Below are positions 8,403 to 16,949 of a stretch of 30,571 nucleotides of DNA, in pieces. Source of the stretch: a virus; IMG/VR virus record IMGVR_UViG_3300005573_001621; one strand, given 5' to 3'. The translations under genes and the position numbers were made by a program. The stretch's first letter is position 1. Every line of letters starts with the position of its first letter. The notes under the pieces are model-generated. The model saw only the letters and a program-made list of their open reading frames with translations, had not been told where the DNA came from and searched no databases.

Positions 8403-8540
8403 ATGATGAAGTTCTTAAATATAATCTTCTGGCTTATTGAGAAATTCTTCAATTTTCTCCATAACTCTACAACCGAAGCTGTAGAGGCGAGGAGAAGAAA
8501 GAGATTGATAGAAGAGTTTTTGAAGAAAGAAAGGAGGTGA
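8403..8540 (+). CDS. 45-aa hypothetical protein with amphipathic N-terminus (not in ORF track)
   Basis: SD AAGGAGG; MMKFLNIIFWLIEKFFNFLHN...KKERR. Confidence 0.6.
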   Translation: MMKFLNIIFWLIEKFFNFLHNSTTEAVEARRRKRLIEEFLKKERR

Positions 8541-8545
8541 TAAAA

Positions 8546-8734
8546 ATGAAGAAGCCTACTTGCAAGTTAATCGGGACCGATGGTAACGTGTTCGCTATCA
8601 TCGGAAAAGTCTCAAAGACTTTGAAGCAAGCTGGTTTGAGAGAAGAAGCGAAAGAGTTTCTAGAAAAAGCTGTCTCAGCACATTCGTATGACGAAGCGCT
8701 CCGCTTGTGCTGTGACTATGTAAAAGTGAAGTGA
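8546..8734 (+). CDS. Conserved small phage protein (LxGxDGNxFxIxG...SYDxxL family)
   Basis: ATG at 8546 after AGGAGG; LIGTDGNVFAIIGKV..LKQAG..SYDEAL matches a family I recognise from phages; function unknown. Confidence 0.75.
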   Translation: MKKPTCKLIGTDGNVFAIIGKVSKTLKQAGLREEAKEFLEKAVSAHSYDEALRLCCDYVKVK

Positions 8735-9378
8735 AGCAAGAGAAGAGGAGCAAAAGTACGAAAACACTTGAAATAAAAGAGGGCGATATGATAGAAAACT
8801 TTAAGCATAAACAAATCAGGGAAACTATAAAGAAAAGACTGCAAGAGGAATTATCTATCTTCTCTCGTCTTGTAGTCATAGGAGAGAAACTCTATCCAGT
8901 CTTAAAAAGCGTAGACATAACTCCAGATGAATGGGATGATCTTTTGGTCAGACACGATAAAGAAGTTAACTTTAATCGCATCTTTAATGTTTTACGAGGA
9001 ATCGCGCACTACCCGACGAAGTTTTTAGATGTACTCCATCTTCTTCGTCTTATAAAGAGAGTCCATCTTTCTGACTCACATTCAGAGCTCTTATTCATCG
9101 ATCAAGCGCCGACATTCACTGCGCTCGCTCACTCAAAGTTCAAATTTTGCTGTGTGATGGGAGAGAGCATTAACAGATCTTACTTTATCAGCTTCGGTCT
9201 TATCTGGAAAAAGAAGACTCTACTCAGAGTAGAAGCTCGCTATAGACTCGGCTGCGAGCTTGATAAAGAAATCGGAAAAAGTCTGGGAAAACGCCTCAAT
9301 AATCGCCCTCTCTATGAAGTCACTAAAGATGAAATACAGGAGCTTCTAAACACTGCGCGTCTCGCTCTTCTCTTATAG
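8731..9378 (+). CDS. Hypothetical protein with family-type hydrophobic C-tail
   Basis: 215-aa ORF (start may be the downstream ATG of MIENF); ends EIQELLNTARLALLL. Confidence 0.75.
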   Translation: MKQEKRSKSTKTLEIKEGDMIENFKHKQIRETIKKRLQEELSIFSRLVVIGEKLYPVLKSVDITPDEWDDLLVRHDKEVNFNRIFNVLRGIAHYPTKFLDVLHLLRLIKRVHLSDSHSELLFIDQAPTFTALAHSKFKFCCVMGESINRSYFISFGLIWKKKTLLRVEARYRLGCELDKEIGKSLGKRLNNRPLYEVTKDEIQELLNTARLALLL

Positions 9379-9430
9379 AAGAAGAGAGTCTTCTAAATTT
9401 TAAAATCAAAAATGAGAGAGGAGACTAGCT

Positions 9431-10023
9431 ATGAAAATTGAAATTCCATTTGCAGAGAAAGAAATAGACACAGCAACTTTACTCTCTCTTAAAGAGAAAG
9501 ATAGCTTAGTAGCACGAGATAAAGATTTTCTAGAATTTTTAGTAACAAACTCTTTTGAAAAGAACCCAGTAAACTCACTTGAGAAACTCTTACCCTTAGA
9601 TCCTCAAAAAAGGAGCTGTTTCTTGCATTTAGAGAATTTTACAGAGCTGCAAAAGCTACCAAAAGCCAGCTCTCGCTGAGACAGGATCTTATTTCACTTC
9701 TTAAGGGCGCTAGACCTGAAGGCTTCCCTTTAAAGATCACAGTCATTGAAGGAGATACTTACTGGGCAGATCTCGCTCTTCTCCCCTTCCTGCGCTCTCT
9801 CACGGTCAACTTGATCATCTCAGGATCAATAAAACCCAACCTACTTAAATCTCTCCTAAAAACATTTCTGTTTGACTACTCTCAAGCGCAACAGCAATCT
9901 TGGCATAACACAGCAAAACAAGATCTAGAGAGAGATAGGATGGCTATCGTCTCTCGGAGATACTTCTCAACGCTTGATCTTGTTAAACTGATTAGAAATT
10001 TAAGAGCGACTGCACTCGTCTAA
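9431..10023 (+). pseudogene. Frameshifted paralog of 14712..15308
   Basis: After the A6 run at 9606-9611 the -1 frame reads LFLAFREFYRAAKATKSQLSL..GDTYWADLALLP..LDLVKLIRNLR, colinear with 14712; joins ORFs 9431 and 9811. Confidence 0.85.
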
Positions 10024-10045
10024 TCTCAGAATAATAATCCAAGCT

Positions 10046-10077
10046 CTCTCTGAGAGCGCTCTCTCAGAGAGTATAAT
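10046..10077 (+). promoter_or_regulatory. Putative promoter with two CTCTCNGAGAG palindromes and TATAAT
   Basis: CTCTCTGAGAG (10046-10056), CTCTCAGAGAG (10061-10071), TATAAT (10072-10077); ATG follows 11 nt later with no SD. Confidence 0.6.
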
Positions 10078-10088
10078 TTTGCTTTAGT

Positions 10089-11036
10089 ATGGAAAACATA
10101 ATTGCCGAGCTGAGAGAAACTTTTCCCGACTTACAGACTGGGAGAGTTGGGAAAGAATATTTCTTCTTGAGAGGCGACAAACTAGTTGTAACAAACAAAG
10201 ACAAGTTACTCGTCTCTGGCTTAATAGTCTCTTCTAAAGACCTTAAAGACATCTTAGAAAAATCTTGCTCTGTTCGCCCTCCAATTGTCTTAGAAGCAGA
10301 TGCGAACAGCTTCTTTCCTCCAGAGTCTTTACTCACAGTATACAGCAGGATTCTAGAAACAGCAGAGAAGCACCCGAATCTTCACTCCGTCGAAAAGATC
10401 ATCATCAGAGTCTCAAAAGGGAAAGTAATTGCTCTCCCTGTGCTCAAAGACTCTTTTCTGCCTCTCGAAAAACTTTTCAGGATTGAAGATCTTTCTTCTC
10501 CCGAAGCATATGAAGAGGGAGACTCTACTGTCTTTTTTAAAGATCGATATTTTTCAGATAGAATAGAAGCAACTCTGAAGATGATCTCCTCTCTTGCTGA
10601 GGAGTTTAAATCTCTTGAAAGTCCTGTTTGTAAGAAAATTCAAGCCCTAGAAGAATTCATAAACACTATCCTCAAGCTCAACTCTCCAAGAACTGATCTG
10701 TATGTATCAAGCTTGTACGATATTTTCTCTCATAGGTCTTCTCTAGCTAGCTGCAATTTCTTTTCTAGCAACAGAAGATCAACGGGCTTAATAGCAACTT
10801 TAGTTCTGGACAACTCTTATCCAGTCAAGATGACACTAAAAGTCCACTGCGCTCCTCTCTGGGGCGGGAGCTCAGACTTAGATCTCTTTTATGCTTTTCT
10901 GAAGATCTTTCCCGAGTACTTAGTATCCGATGCTTTCTTCTCACAAGAAGAAAGCCCAACGATCATACTTGATTATAAGCCAGCGCTCTTAGAGAGGCTA
11001 GAGCAGATCTTGCTACTCTGCGTTATGTGCAGTTAG
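10089..11036 (+). CDS. Hypothetical protein, paralog family B
   Basis: IIAELRETFPDLQTG..FFLRGDKLVV; PIVLEAD shared with PIVIEAD of 11202; ends YKPALLERLEQILLLCVMCS. Confidence 0.85.
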   Translation: MENIIAELRETFPDLQTGRVGKEYFFLRGDKLVVTNKDKLLVSGLIVSSKDLKDILEKSCSVRPPIVLEADANSFFPPESLLTVYSRILETAEKHPNLHSVEKIIIRVSKGKVIALPVLKDSFLPLEKLFRIEDLSSPEAYEEGDSTVFFKDRYFSDRIEATLKMISSLAEEFKSLESPVCKKIQALEEFINTILKLNSPRTDLYVSSLYDIFSHRSSLASCNFFSSNRRSTGLIATLVLDNSYPVKMTLKVHCAPLWGGSSDLDLFYAFLKIFPEYLVSDAFFSQEESPTIILDYKPALLERLEQILLLCVMCS

Positions 11037-11084
11037 CCCTAGATAAACCCTTACCTCTCCTGAGAAACCCCCCTAAAATCCCCC
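11028..11084. repeat. Left copy of a long-range inverted repeat
   Basis: 11028-11071 matches the reverse complement of 17035-17078 at 39/44 nt (21-nt perfect core); 11075-11084 matches the reverse complement of 16950-16959. Confidence 0.85.
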
Positions 11085-11168
11085 AAATTTTGCAAATACG
11101 GCCAGTTTTATTCAGGATTTCTGACTGGCTGAAGAAACGCCAAAAATGAGCTTTTTGAGAGAGAGCGA

Positions 11169-11196
11169 GGGAGAGAGCGCAGCGTTTGATTATAAT
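11169..11196 (+). promoter_or_regulatory. Putative promoter GGGAGA-N16-TATAAT
   Basis: Intergenic, followed by AGGAGG and a start codon. Confidence 0.5.
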
Positions 11197-11201
11197 AGGA
11201 G

Positions 11202-12242
11202 GTGACAATGATTGAAAAAGTAATAGCTTCTTTGAAAGAAAAAATCCCTGACGTCGTGGTCGGGGAAACTAAACGGGGTGTTTTCTTCTTAAAAGATAAC
11301 ACCCTAATCGTCGAAGAGCTCTGCGGCGCTTCTCATTATTTCAAAGCCTCAGAGGGCGTTGTTTCAACTCTAGTTAAAGAAGAAAACATAGAAAAAACAG
11401 TTCTGAAGCTCGTCAATCGCTTCAGTCGATCTAAGCCTTTGAGAGTTCCTATTGTTATAGAAGCTGATAAATCAAAAAGTTTCTATCCTGCAAGAGCACT
11501 TCTTAGAGCTTTTCATAGCGTAGCAGACGTGATATCTTACTATTCTAAAGCGCCTCTCGCTCAGAAGTGTATTGTCCGAATTCTAGATGGGAAGATAGAT
11601 GTTTTCCCTACTTATAAAGAGCTTGAGTCAGAAACTGAGTTCTTTTCTACTCTCGCAAGCTTCGTAGGCTATCGCTGTTACTCAGAAGAGACCGATACTG
11701 CAAACGCTCTTACAGATCAACGTTTTACTTCGCTGCTCCGTTCGAATCTCGAAAGCTTTTTGGGTCTGGGAGAAGCTTTGTTGACTCCTGTGACGTCAGA
11801 TAGTCCTGCAGAGAAAGAGAAAAGAGACAACATTCGCTCTCGAGCCCAAGCGATTAAAGCTTTCTTAGGAGCTAGCAAATTCAACGCTTCTTCTCTTCAA
11901 CTCAGCAGTCTGACCAGTCGTCTCCACGATCTCTTATATAGTGTTCGTAAGCGGGCTTTAACTATCTCCATTAAAGGACCTCAAGATAGCCGAATTGCTG
12001 TCAATCTTTATTTCGGTTATAGCCACCAACCGAAGCTAGAAATAGAAGTTCATCCAAGCTCTCTACTTGAGCCTTGCATGGAGCTCTTTAGAGAGATCCC
12101 TGAAATAGCAACGGTCTTGAGCACTTTCTCTCCAAACGTTGAAAAGCTTTTCGAAAGCTGGCGAGAAGCTAGATTTTACTTAGACTTTCAGCCTTCGTTA
12201 TTAGAAAAAATTGATCAGCTAAAAGTTATCACTTTCTTATGA
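11202..12242 (+). CDS. Hypothetical protein, paralog family B
   Basis: VIASLKEKIPDVVVG..FFLKDNTLIV, SRAQAIKAFL, tail FQPSLLEKIDQLKVITFL; start probably ATG 11208. Confidence 0.85.
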   Translation: MTMIEKVIASLKEKIPDVVVGETKRGVFFLKDNTLIVEELCGASHYFKASEGVVSTLVKEENIEKTVLKLVNRFSRSKPLRVPIVIEADKSKSFYPARALLRAFHSVADVISYYSKAPLAQKCIVRILDGKIDVFPTYKELESETEFFSTLASFVGYRCYSEETDTANALTDQRFTSLLRSNLESFLGLGEALLTPVTSDSPAEKEKRDNIRSRAQAIKAFLGASKFNASSLQLSSLTSRLHDLLYSVRKRALTISIKGPQDSRIAVNLYFGYSHQPKLEIEVHPSSLLEPCMELFREIPEIATVLSTFSPNVEKLFESWREARFYLDFQPSLLEKIDQLKVITFL

Positions 12243-12273
12243 GCTAAGAGAGCTCGAGAGCAGGAGGTTATAG

Positions 12274-13092
12274 ATGAAAAACATAATCTCTCTTTTATCA
12301 AATTTTGTAAAAGAGCACCCTTGCTTCGTTTTGGAGGGCGTTGAAGCAAAAAGAGTTCGTCTGAAGCTCTCGCTAGAGAGCGAACCAAGCGATTGGCTCT
12401 CTGTTACTAGTTGGGAAACGTCATATCCCTCAGCTTATCCAGAGACGGTATTTTATGAAGTCTCTTCTTCTTTCTTTGATGGCAAAAAATGCCGCATATT
12501 CAAGTCAAGCATCAGATTTCCAGACCGCGCAGAAGGAAAAGCACTCACCGCTATAGAAAAGCTCTTGCCTACTCTCTCTCAAGCAGGTGAAGAAGCTAAG
12601 AACACTATTGAAGCTTCTAAAGCGAGACTTCAGCCTCTTTTAGACATCCTTGAAGCAAATAAGATTTCCTATAGTACCCAGATTTCTCGGTACTCTCTGG
12701 GAGTATCTTTCGAGCTAGCTAATCTTGCTGCTTTAGTTGAAATCCAACATAAGACTCAATCTATAAAAGTTTCTTTTACCGCAAAAGAAGGCGACGATGA
12801 AGATCTGGTCTCTCTCTTAGGGAACTGGCTTTTTACTGATACAAGCAGAGTGCTAGCTGCAGCAAAAGCAGTTGTTAAATTAAAAGATCAAGAAGAGCTC
12901 TGCGACGCTTCTCTTGTTTTTGCTCTTCTGCCTTCTGAGTTTAAGAAAGTTAACTATACTGACTTTAGCTTGAGTAGAAGAAATCTCAACTTCTCTTTTG
13001 CACAGAAAGAACTAACGATCTTCTCTTCGCTAATCGGCTCTCTCAAGAGCGTCGAGCTAGCCAAGCCCGCGAGGGGGAATGAAGCTCTATAA
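12274..13092 (+). CDS. Hypothetical protein
   Basis: 272-aa ORF with SD CAGGAGG; no motif recognised. Confidence 0.75.
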   Translation: MKNIISLLSNFVKEHPCFVLEGVEAKRVRLKLSLESEPSDWLSVTSWETSYPSAYPETVFYEVSSSFFDGKKCRIFKSSIRFPDRAEGKALTAIEKLLPTLSQAGEEAKNTIEASKARLQPLLDILEANKISYSTQISRYSLGVSFELANLAALVEIQHKTQSIKVSFTAKEGDDEDLVSLLGNWLFTDTSRVLAAAKAVVKLKDQEELCDASLVFALLPSEFKKVNYTDFSLSRRNLNFSFAQKELTIFSSLIGSLKSVELAKPARGNEAL

Positions 13093-13256
13093 TGATCTTT
13101 TTGTAGAATTCTTAAATGAAGAGCCTATGATGCTATTATTTCTGAAGAAAGAGTCAGAAAAGTCGCTGATATTATTATCCCTGTTGATCTCGCTTGGGAA
13201 GAGATTAAAGACGCTTCAGACTCTTAAATATGCTATGACGGCGAGCTAACGATGCT

Positions 13257-13287
13257 CTCTCTGAGAGCGGAGAGCCAGGATTAGAAT
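13257..13287 (+). promoter_or_regulatory. Putative promoter CTCTCTGAGAG-N14-TAGAAT
   Basis: Exact palindrome at 13257-13267, TAGAAT at 13282-13287, then SD GAGGAGG. Confidence 0.55.
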
Positions 13288-13309
13288 AAGAAAAAAGAGG
13301 AGGTAATCA

Positions 13310-13636
13310 ATGAACGATCTGTTTGATACAATAAGTGAAAAAGTCCGTGCAAAATGTCCGGACGTTATTGTAAGTAAGTTCCAAAACGGAACTTCTTACA
13401 TAAGAAAGGGTGACTGTCTTATCATAGAAGATAAGACGTCACAGGGAGTAGCTCTTAAAGATCATACTGGCGTCGTTGCTCTGATAGTAAAGCAAGATGA
13501 AAAGACGATCGAAAGGGCAGCAGAAAAAGTTCTTAAAAAGCTCGAAAGCTCTAAGCCCTCTAAAGCTCCAGAGCCATTTCCCTTTACTGAGAATGTAAGA
13601 GAGACTCTGAGAACATTTAAGAAAGCAAATCACTGA
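13310..13636 (+). CDS. N-domain-only (truncated) member of paralog family B
   Basis: ISEKVRAKCPDVIV..YIRKGDCLII and VRETLRTFKKA align with the N-terminal ~105 aa of 6028 (VREVLRTFKRA), then the ORF stops. Confidence 0.75.
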   Translation: MNDLFDTISEKVRAKCPDVIVSKFQNGTSYIRKGDCLIIEDKTSQGVALKDHTGVVALIVKQDEKTIERAAEKVLKKLESSKPSKAPEPFPFTENVRETLRTFKKANH

Positions 13637-14037
13637 TGGGGCTGAATTTTTATTATTTAAAAAACAGAGCTTGGCAGCACATAGGGAAACGATACGCAGC
13701 AGGAGTTTGGTGCTGGGACTGTAAGTGCCAAACTCAAGAAGAGGGCTCATTCTTTGTTTGTCCAAAGTGCAAACAAAAGCGCGCTCTTCACGAGATTTCT
13801 TTTAGCCCTGTCGATAGAGAGCTGGGTTTTGATAAGTCGAGAGCACGAAAACATACAGGGATCGACGGAGCTAGCGGGTTTATCTGGCACGCAAAAAACA
13901 GAAGAGATGCCAAGCAAAAGCTCAGAGGAATAAAGAAGCTAGTAACATCAGCTGGCGAGTCTTGGTCTAGAAAGAAGTTTGATCAAATGTTTCTGGACGT
14001 CATAGAAGAAGAGTTTCTTGAAGAAGAGTTTTGTTAA
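13636..14037 (+). CDS. Zn-ribbon phage protein
   Basis: HIGKR..CWDC..CPKC; TGATG overlap with the previous gene. Confidence 0.75.
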   Translation: MGLNFYYLKNRAWQHIGKRYAAGVWCWDCKCQTQEEGSFFVCPKCKQKRALHEISFSPVDRELGFDKSRARKHTGIDGASGFIWHAKNRRDAKQKLRGIKKLVTSAGESWSRKKFDQMFLDVIEEEFLEEEFC

Positions 14038-14044
14038 GGTTAAG

Positions 14045-14077
14045 CGGCTCTAACAGGTTCGATTCCTGTTAGAGCCG
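14045..14077 (+). ncRNA. tRNA-minihelix-like hairpin (perfect 13-bp stem, T-loop TTCGATT)
   Basis: CGGCTCTAACAGG-TTCGATT-CCTGTTAGAGCCG; contains the TpsiC consensus GGTTCGATTCC; no D or anticodon arm and no encoded CCA. Confidence 0.55.
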
Positions 14078-14094
14078 AGTAATAGGAGTCAAAA

Positions 14095-14244
14095 ATGACT
14101 ACTGCAAACATAAAAATTAACGGCTGTGACTTTTATGTCGAGATAAATGAAATTAAGAAAGCGATAGAATATGTGGAGCCGGAGGTGGTTTTCGTTGTGG
14201 GCGAATTGTTGATGTTTCTATTAGAAAAGAAAAGAGGAAGGTAA
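14095..14244 (+). CDS. 49-aa hypothetical protein (not in ORF track)
   Basis: SD AGGAG; MTTANIKINGCDFYVEINEIKKAIEY... Confidence 0.55.
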   Translation: MTTANIKINGCDFYVEINEIKKAIEYVEPEVVFVVGELLMFLLEKKRGR

Positions 14245-14247
14245 GAG

Positions 14248-14466
14248 ATGTCAAAAGATATAGGACTGATTAAGGGGTTGTTTTCACTTTTATTAGCAGA
14301 TGCTGTAAGAAGTAAGGGTTCATCGGTTATTGAGAAACTATCTGAAGAAGAGATATTAAAGGAGTATGAAAAGATAAAGATTAAGAAAAGTGGGTTAAGC
14401 AGACGAGAAAGAAATGAGATAGTGTGGTTTGTGGAGGAAAAATTAAGGAGAGACAAAAATGATTGA
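14248..14466 (+). CDS. Small hypothetical phage protein
   Basis: 72 aa; EYEKIKIKKSGLSRRERNEIV pattern; C-poor codon usage. Confidence 0.65.
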   Translation: MSKDIGLIKGLFSLLLADAVRSKGSSVIEKLSEEEILKEYEKIKIKKSGLSRRERNEIVWFVEEKLRRDKND

Positions 14467-14711
14467 GGTAGAAGGAGATATTTGGGATTGAGAGGGATTA
14501 TAGAGGTGGTTCTTTATGGAACACTTTTATGTGGGAAGGCTCAAGAAGAGGGCTGGAAGATGATCCCAGAATTTGGAAGCAGTATATTACTTTTGCTGAA
14601 GCAGTAATGCACGAATTTTTTGGATATTTTAGGTGTGAGGCGAAGTAGGTAGTCAGGTAATAGAGACAGCCTTTGAGATTATAAAATAGAGCTGAGAGAG
14701 GACGACTGGCT

Positions 14712-15308
14712 ATGACTGTTGAAGTTTCATTTCCAAGAAAAGAGATCAATTCAGAGATTTTACAACGTTTTAGAGAGAAAGATCATATTGTCGCAGAAGA
14801 TGAAGAGTTTCTGCAGTTTTTAGTAAAAAGTTCTTTCGCGGAAAAAAATCCTCTAGCGGCGCTCGAGAGCTTATTACCTCTAGATTCTAAAAAGAGAGCG
14901 CTCTTTCTTGCGATCAGAGAATTTTACAGAGCTGCAAAAGCAACTAAAAGCAAGCTCTCTCTGCAAGATGATCTTATTCGAGTACTTAAAGGTGTCAGGC
15001 TTTTCGGTGATTTTCCTCTGAGGCTCTCAGTCATTCAGGGAGATACTTACTGGGTAGATCTCTCGCTTCTCCCAGAGCCTGATCTGTCAGTGAACTTAGT
15101 CATCACTGGCTTAATAACGAGCGCTCAAGCTCAGCAGCTCATCGCAGGGTTTCTCTCTGACAGCTCTCCATCACAGCGTGCTCAGTGGTATAATCAAGCA
15201 AAATCTGATCTGGAGAAAGCCCAGATGGCTATTATTCCGCGTAAGTACTCTCCGATGCTTGATCTAGTTAAACTAATCAGAAATTTGAGAGTCAGTTTCC
15301 TTCTTTAG
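14712..15308 (+). CDS. Hypothetical protein, intact paralog of 9431..10023
   Basis: Colinear identity blocks with 9431-10023; similar leader (TAAAAT..TGAGAGAGGA..CT(A/G)GCTATG). Confidence 0.85.
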   Translation: MTVEVSFPRKEINSEILQRFREKDHIVAEDEEFLQFLVKSSFAEKNPLAALESLLPLDSKKRALFLAIREFYRAAKATKSKLSLQDDLIRVLKGVRLFGDFPLRLSVIQGDTYWVDLSLLPEPDLSVNLVITGLITSAQAQQLIAGFLSDSSPSQRAQWYNQAKSDLEKAQMAIIPRKYSPMLDLVKLIRNLRVSFLL

Positions 15309-15317
15309 AGCGTAGAG

Positions 15318-16409
15318 ATGCATTTAGTCAAAGCTAGCAGAAAACCCGCTACTAGCACTCGGGTATACAATTACATCGAGCGTCACGGCGTTAAACTTCG
15401 AGACAGCGAGGGTTTCGCTGTTATGAAAGATGCGTTGTTCTTAGCTCTAGAAGATAAAGTAAAAGCTTACGGAACTTCAGAAATCACTGCTCTTGCGTCG
15501 AAAGTCTTAGCTTATGATTCAGCGTCAGTCTTAGCTTCTAAGCAGTCAGAAGTCTATGCTAGAGGCAACTCCGTAGTTGACGCTGCTGATGGCTCGATAG
15601 TTCACGCATATGATCAGTCTAAAATTACCGCAAGGAGAGCTGCAACGGTCATTGTTTATTCTGGAGGCGTAACAGTCTCTGCTTATGATTCAGCCAGAGT
15701 GATTGATAAGACTGGTGGGAGAGCTAAGATCATACGACACTCTCAAGAGCAAGAGAGAGCAGTAGCTCAGAAACGCTCTGAAAGTCAACTCCCTAGAGAT
15801 AACGAAGGCTACCTTCTCATAAAAGCTGGAGTTCATACATTCTTAAATGAGAAAGTAAGAGCTTCTGAGAGCGCTCAAGTCACTGTTAAAGGCCATTCAA
15901 TAATTGTAGCGTCTGACGAAGCAAAAGTTACTGCTAAAGATCACTCTACAGTTATAGCTTATGGGCATGCTAGAGTCACTCTTAAAGATTATTCAAGAGC
16001 TGAAGCTTCTGGCGATGCTTCAGTCTACGCGTTTGATCACTCAGAAGTTGCAGCTTATGAGAGAGCATGGGTTAGTGCTCACAACTACGCGAAAGTCTTC
16101 GCTAGAGGCTATCCGTTTGTCGAGGCTAAAGGACACTCAAAAGTTATAGCGAAGGGCGAGCCGGGTCAAGTTAGTTATGCAGAAATTCTCGCTTTTGAAG
16201 ACTCAACTATTATAGCTTGTGACGAGTCAGTAGTTACTGTTTATCCCTCTGCGTTAGTTCACGTATATGATCGAGCAAGAGTAATAAATAAAGCTGGTGA
16301 GACAGCTAGAATCATATATCACACAGAAAAAAGTCGTATTTCAGAAATAAAAGAAGCACTTAAAGCTCTTAAAGAAAGAAAGAAAGAAGAAAAGGGAAGG
16401 AGTTCATAG
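15318..16409 (+). CDS. Octapeptide-repeat (VxAxxxSx) beta-solenoid-like protein with internal duplication
   Basis: Repeats such as VHAYDQSK, VTAKDHST, VYAFDHSE; two modules ending ARVIDKTGGRAKIIRH and ARVINKAGETARIIYH. Confidence 0.75.
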   Translation: MHLVKASRKPATSTRVYNYIERHGVKLRDSEGFAVMKDALFLALEDKVKAYGTSEITALASKVLAYDSASVLASKQSEVYARGNSVVDAADGSIVHAYDQSKITARRAATVIVYSGGVTVSAYDSARVIDKTGGRAKIIRHSQEQERAVAQKRSESQLPRDNEGYLLIKAGVHTFLNEKVRASESAQVTVKGHSIIVASDEAKVTAKDHSTVIAYGHARVTLKDYSRAEASGDASVYAFDHSEVAAYERAWVSAHNYAKVFARGYPFVEAKGHSKVIAKGEPGQVSYAEILAFEDSTIIACDESVVTVYPSALVHVYDRARVINKAGETARIIYHTEKSRISEIKEALKALKERKKEEKGRSS

Positions 16410-16699
16410 TGCTTGATGAAAGTTGGATTATTTATGAAGTTCTGTCAGGCTCTCATGCGTATGGCTTAAATACTCCAGATTCAGATAAAGACTACCGAGG
16501 GATACTGATCCCTCCAAGAGAGTATTACTTCTCTCCCTTCAAAAGTATAGAGCAGTATGAGAGCAAAAATCCTGACAGGACGATCTTCGAACTCAAGAAG
16601 TTTGTGCGACTCGCCACAGACAATAACCCAAACATTTTAGAGCTTCTATTCATAGACGATTCCGCTCTAGTGTTGGAGATTTTTGAAAGTTTAGTATAG
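16409..16699 (+). pseudogene. Truncated Pol-beta-superfamily nucleotidyltransferase (YcgL/RlaP-like), N-terminal part only
   Basis: GSHAYGLNTPDSDKDYRGI and KKFVRL..NNPNILELLF motifs; 96 aa, lacking the helical C-domain the family normally has. Confidence 0.75.
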
Positions 16700-16714
16700 A
16701 GAACAGGAGGTCTT

Positions 16715-16924
16715 ATGCGTAAGAAACTTTATGAACCCCGGAGAGTTTTTGGCAAGATGTATTGGCCAGAGCTCCCAGGGACGATAAGAATAAAACCTAA
16801 AATAAAAATCAGAACTCCTCATAAGCCCACGAGAACAATCGAATCTAAAAAGAAATCACTCTTACGCAAAGTCTTAGAACGAGAGCTCGAAGAAGCCTCA
16901 AAAACCGAAAATTCCCCGATTTAA
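16715..16924 (+). CDS. Small basic hypothetical protein
   Basis: SD CAGGAGG; 69 aa, Lys/Arg-rich. Confidence 0.6.
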   Translation: MRKKLYEPRRVFGKMYWPELPGTIRIKPKIKIRTPHKPTRTIESKKKSLLRKVLERELEEASKTENSPI

Positions 16925-16949
16925 GAGAATCCGAAAATCTGCAATAAAA

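Noticed and set aside
9606-9612. Canonical A_AAA_AAG programmed -1 frameshift
   Set aside because: The heptamer is out of phase with the upstream frame, which reads CAA AAA AGG
11033-11077. Telomere-like (CCCTAA/TTAGGG) repeats
   Set aside because: Only scattered degenerate hexamers, not tandem; better described as the inverted-repeat element
13079-13249. 56-aa ORF MKLYNDLF... or a frameshifted small gene (alternate frame YDAIISEERVRKVADIII...)
   Set aside because: Frame is ambiguous, SD spacing is poor and there is no paralog to arbitrate; not called
5778-14077. Rho-independent terminators at the three + strand hairpins
   Set aside because: No U-tract follows; purine-rich RBSs follow instead
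14030-14090. Complete tRNA gene
   Set aside because: The T-arm is fused directly to an acceptor-like stem; no D arm, anticodon arm or CCA
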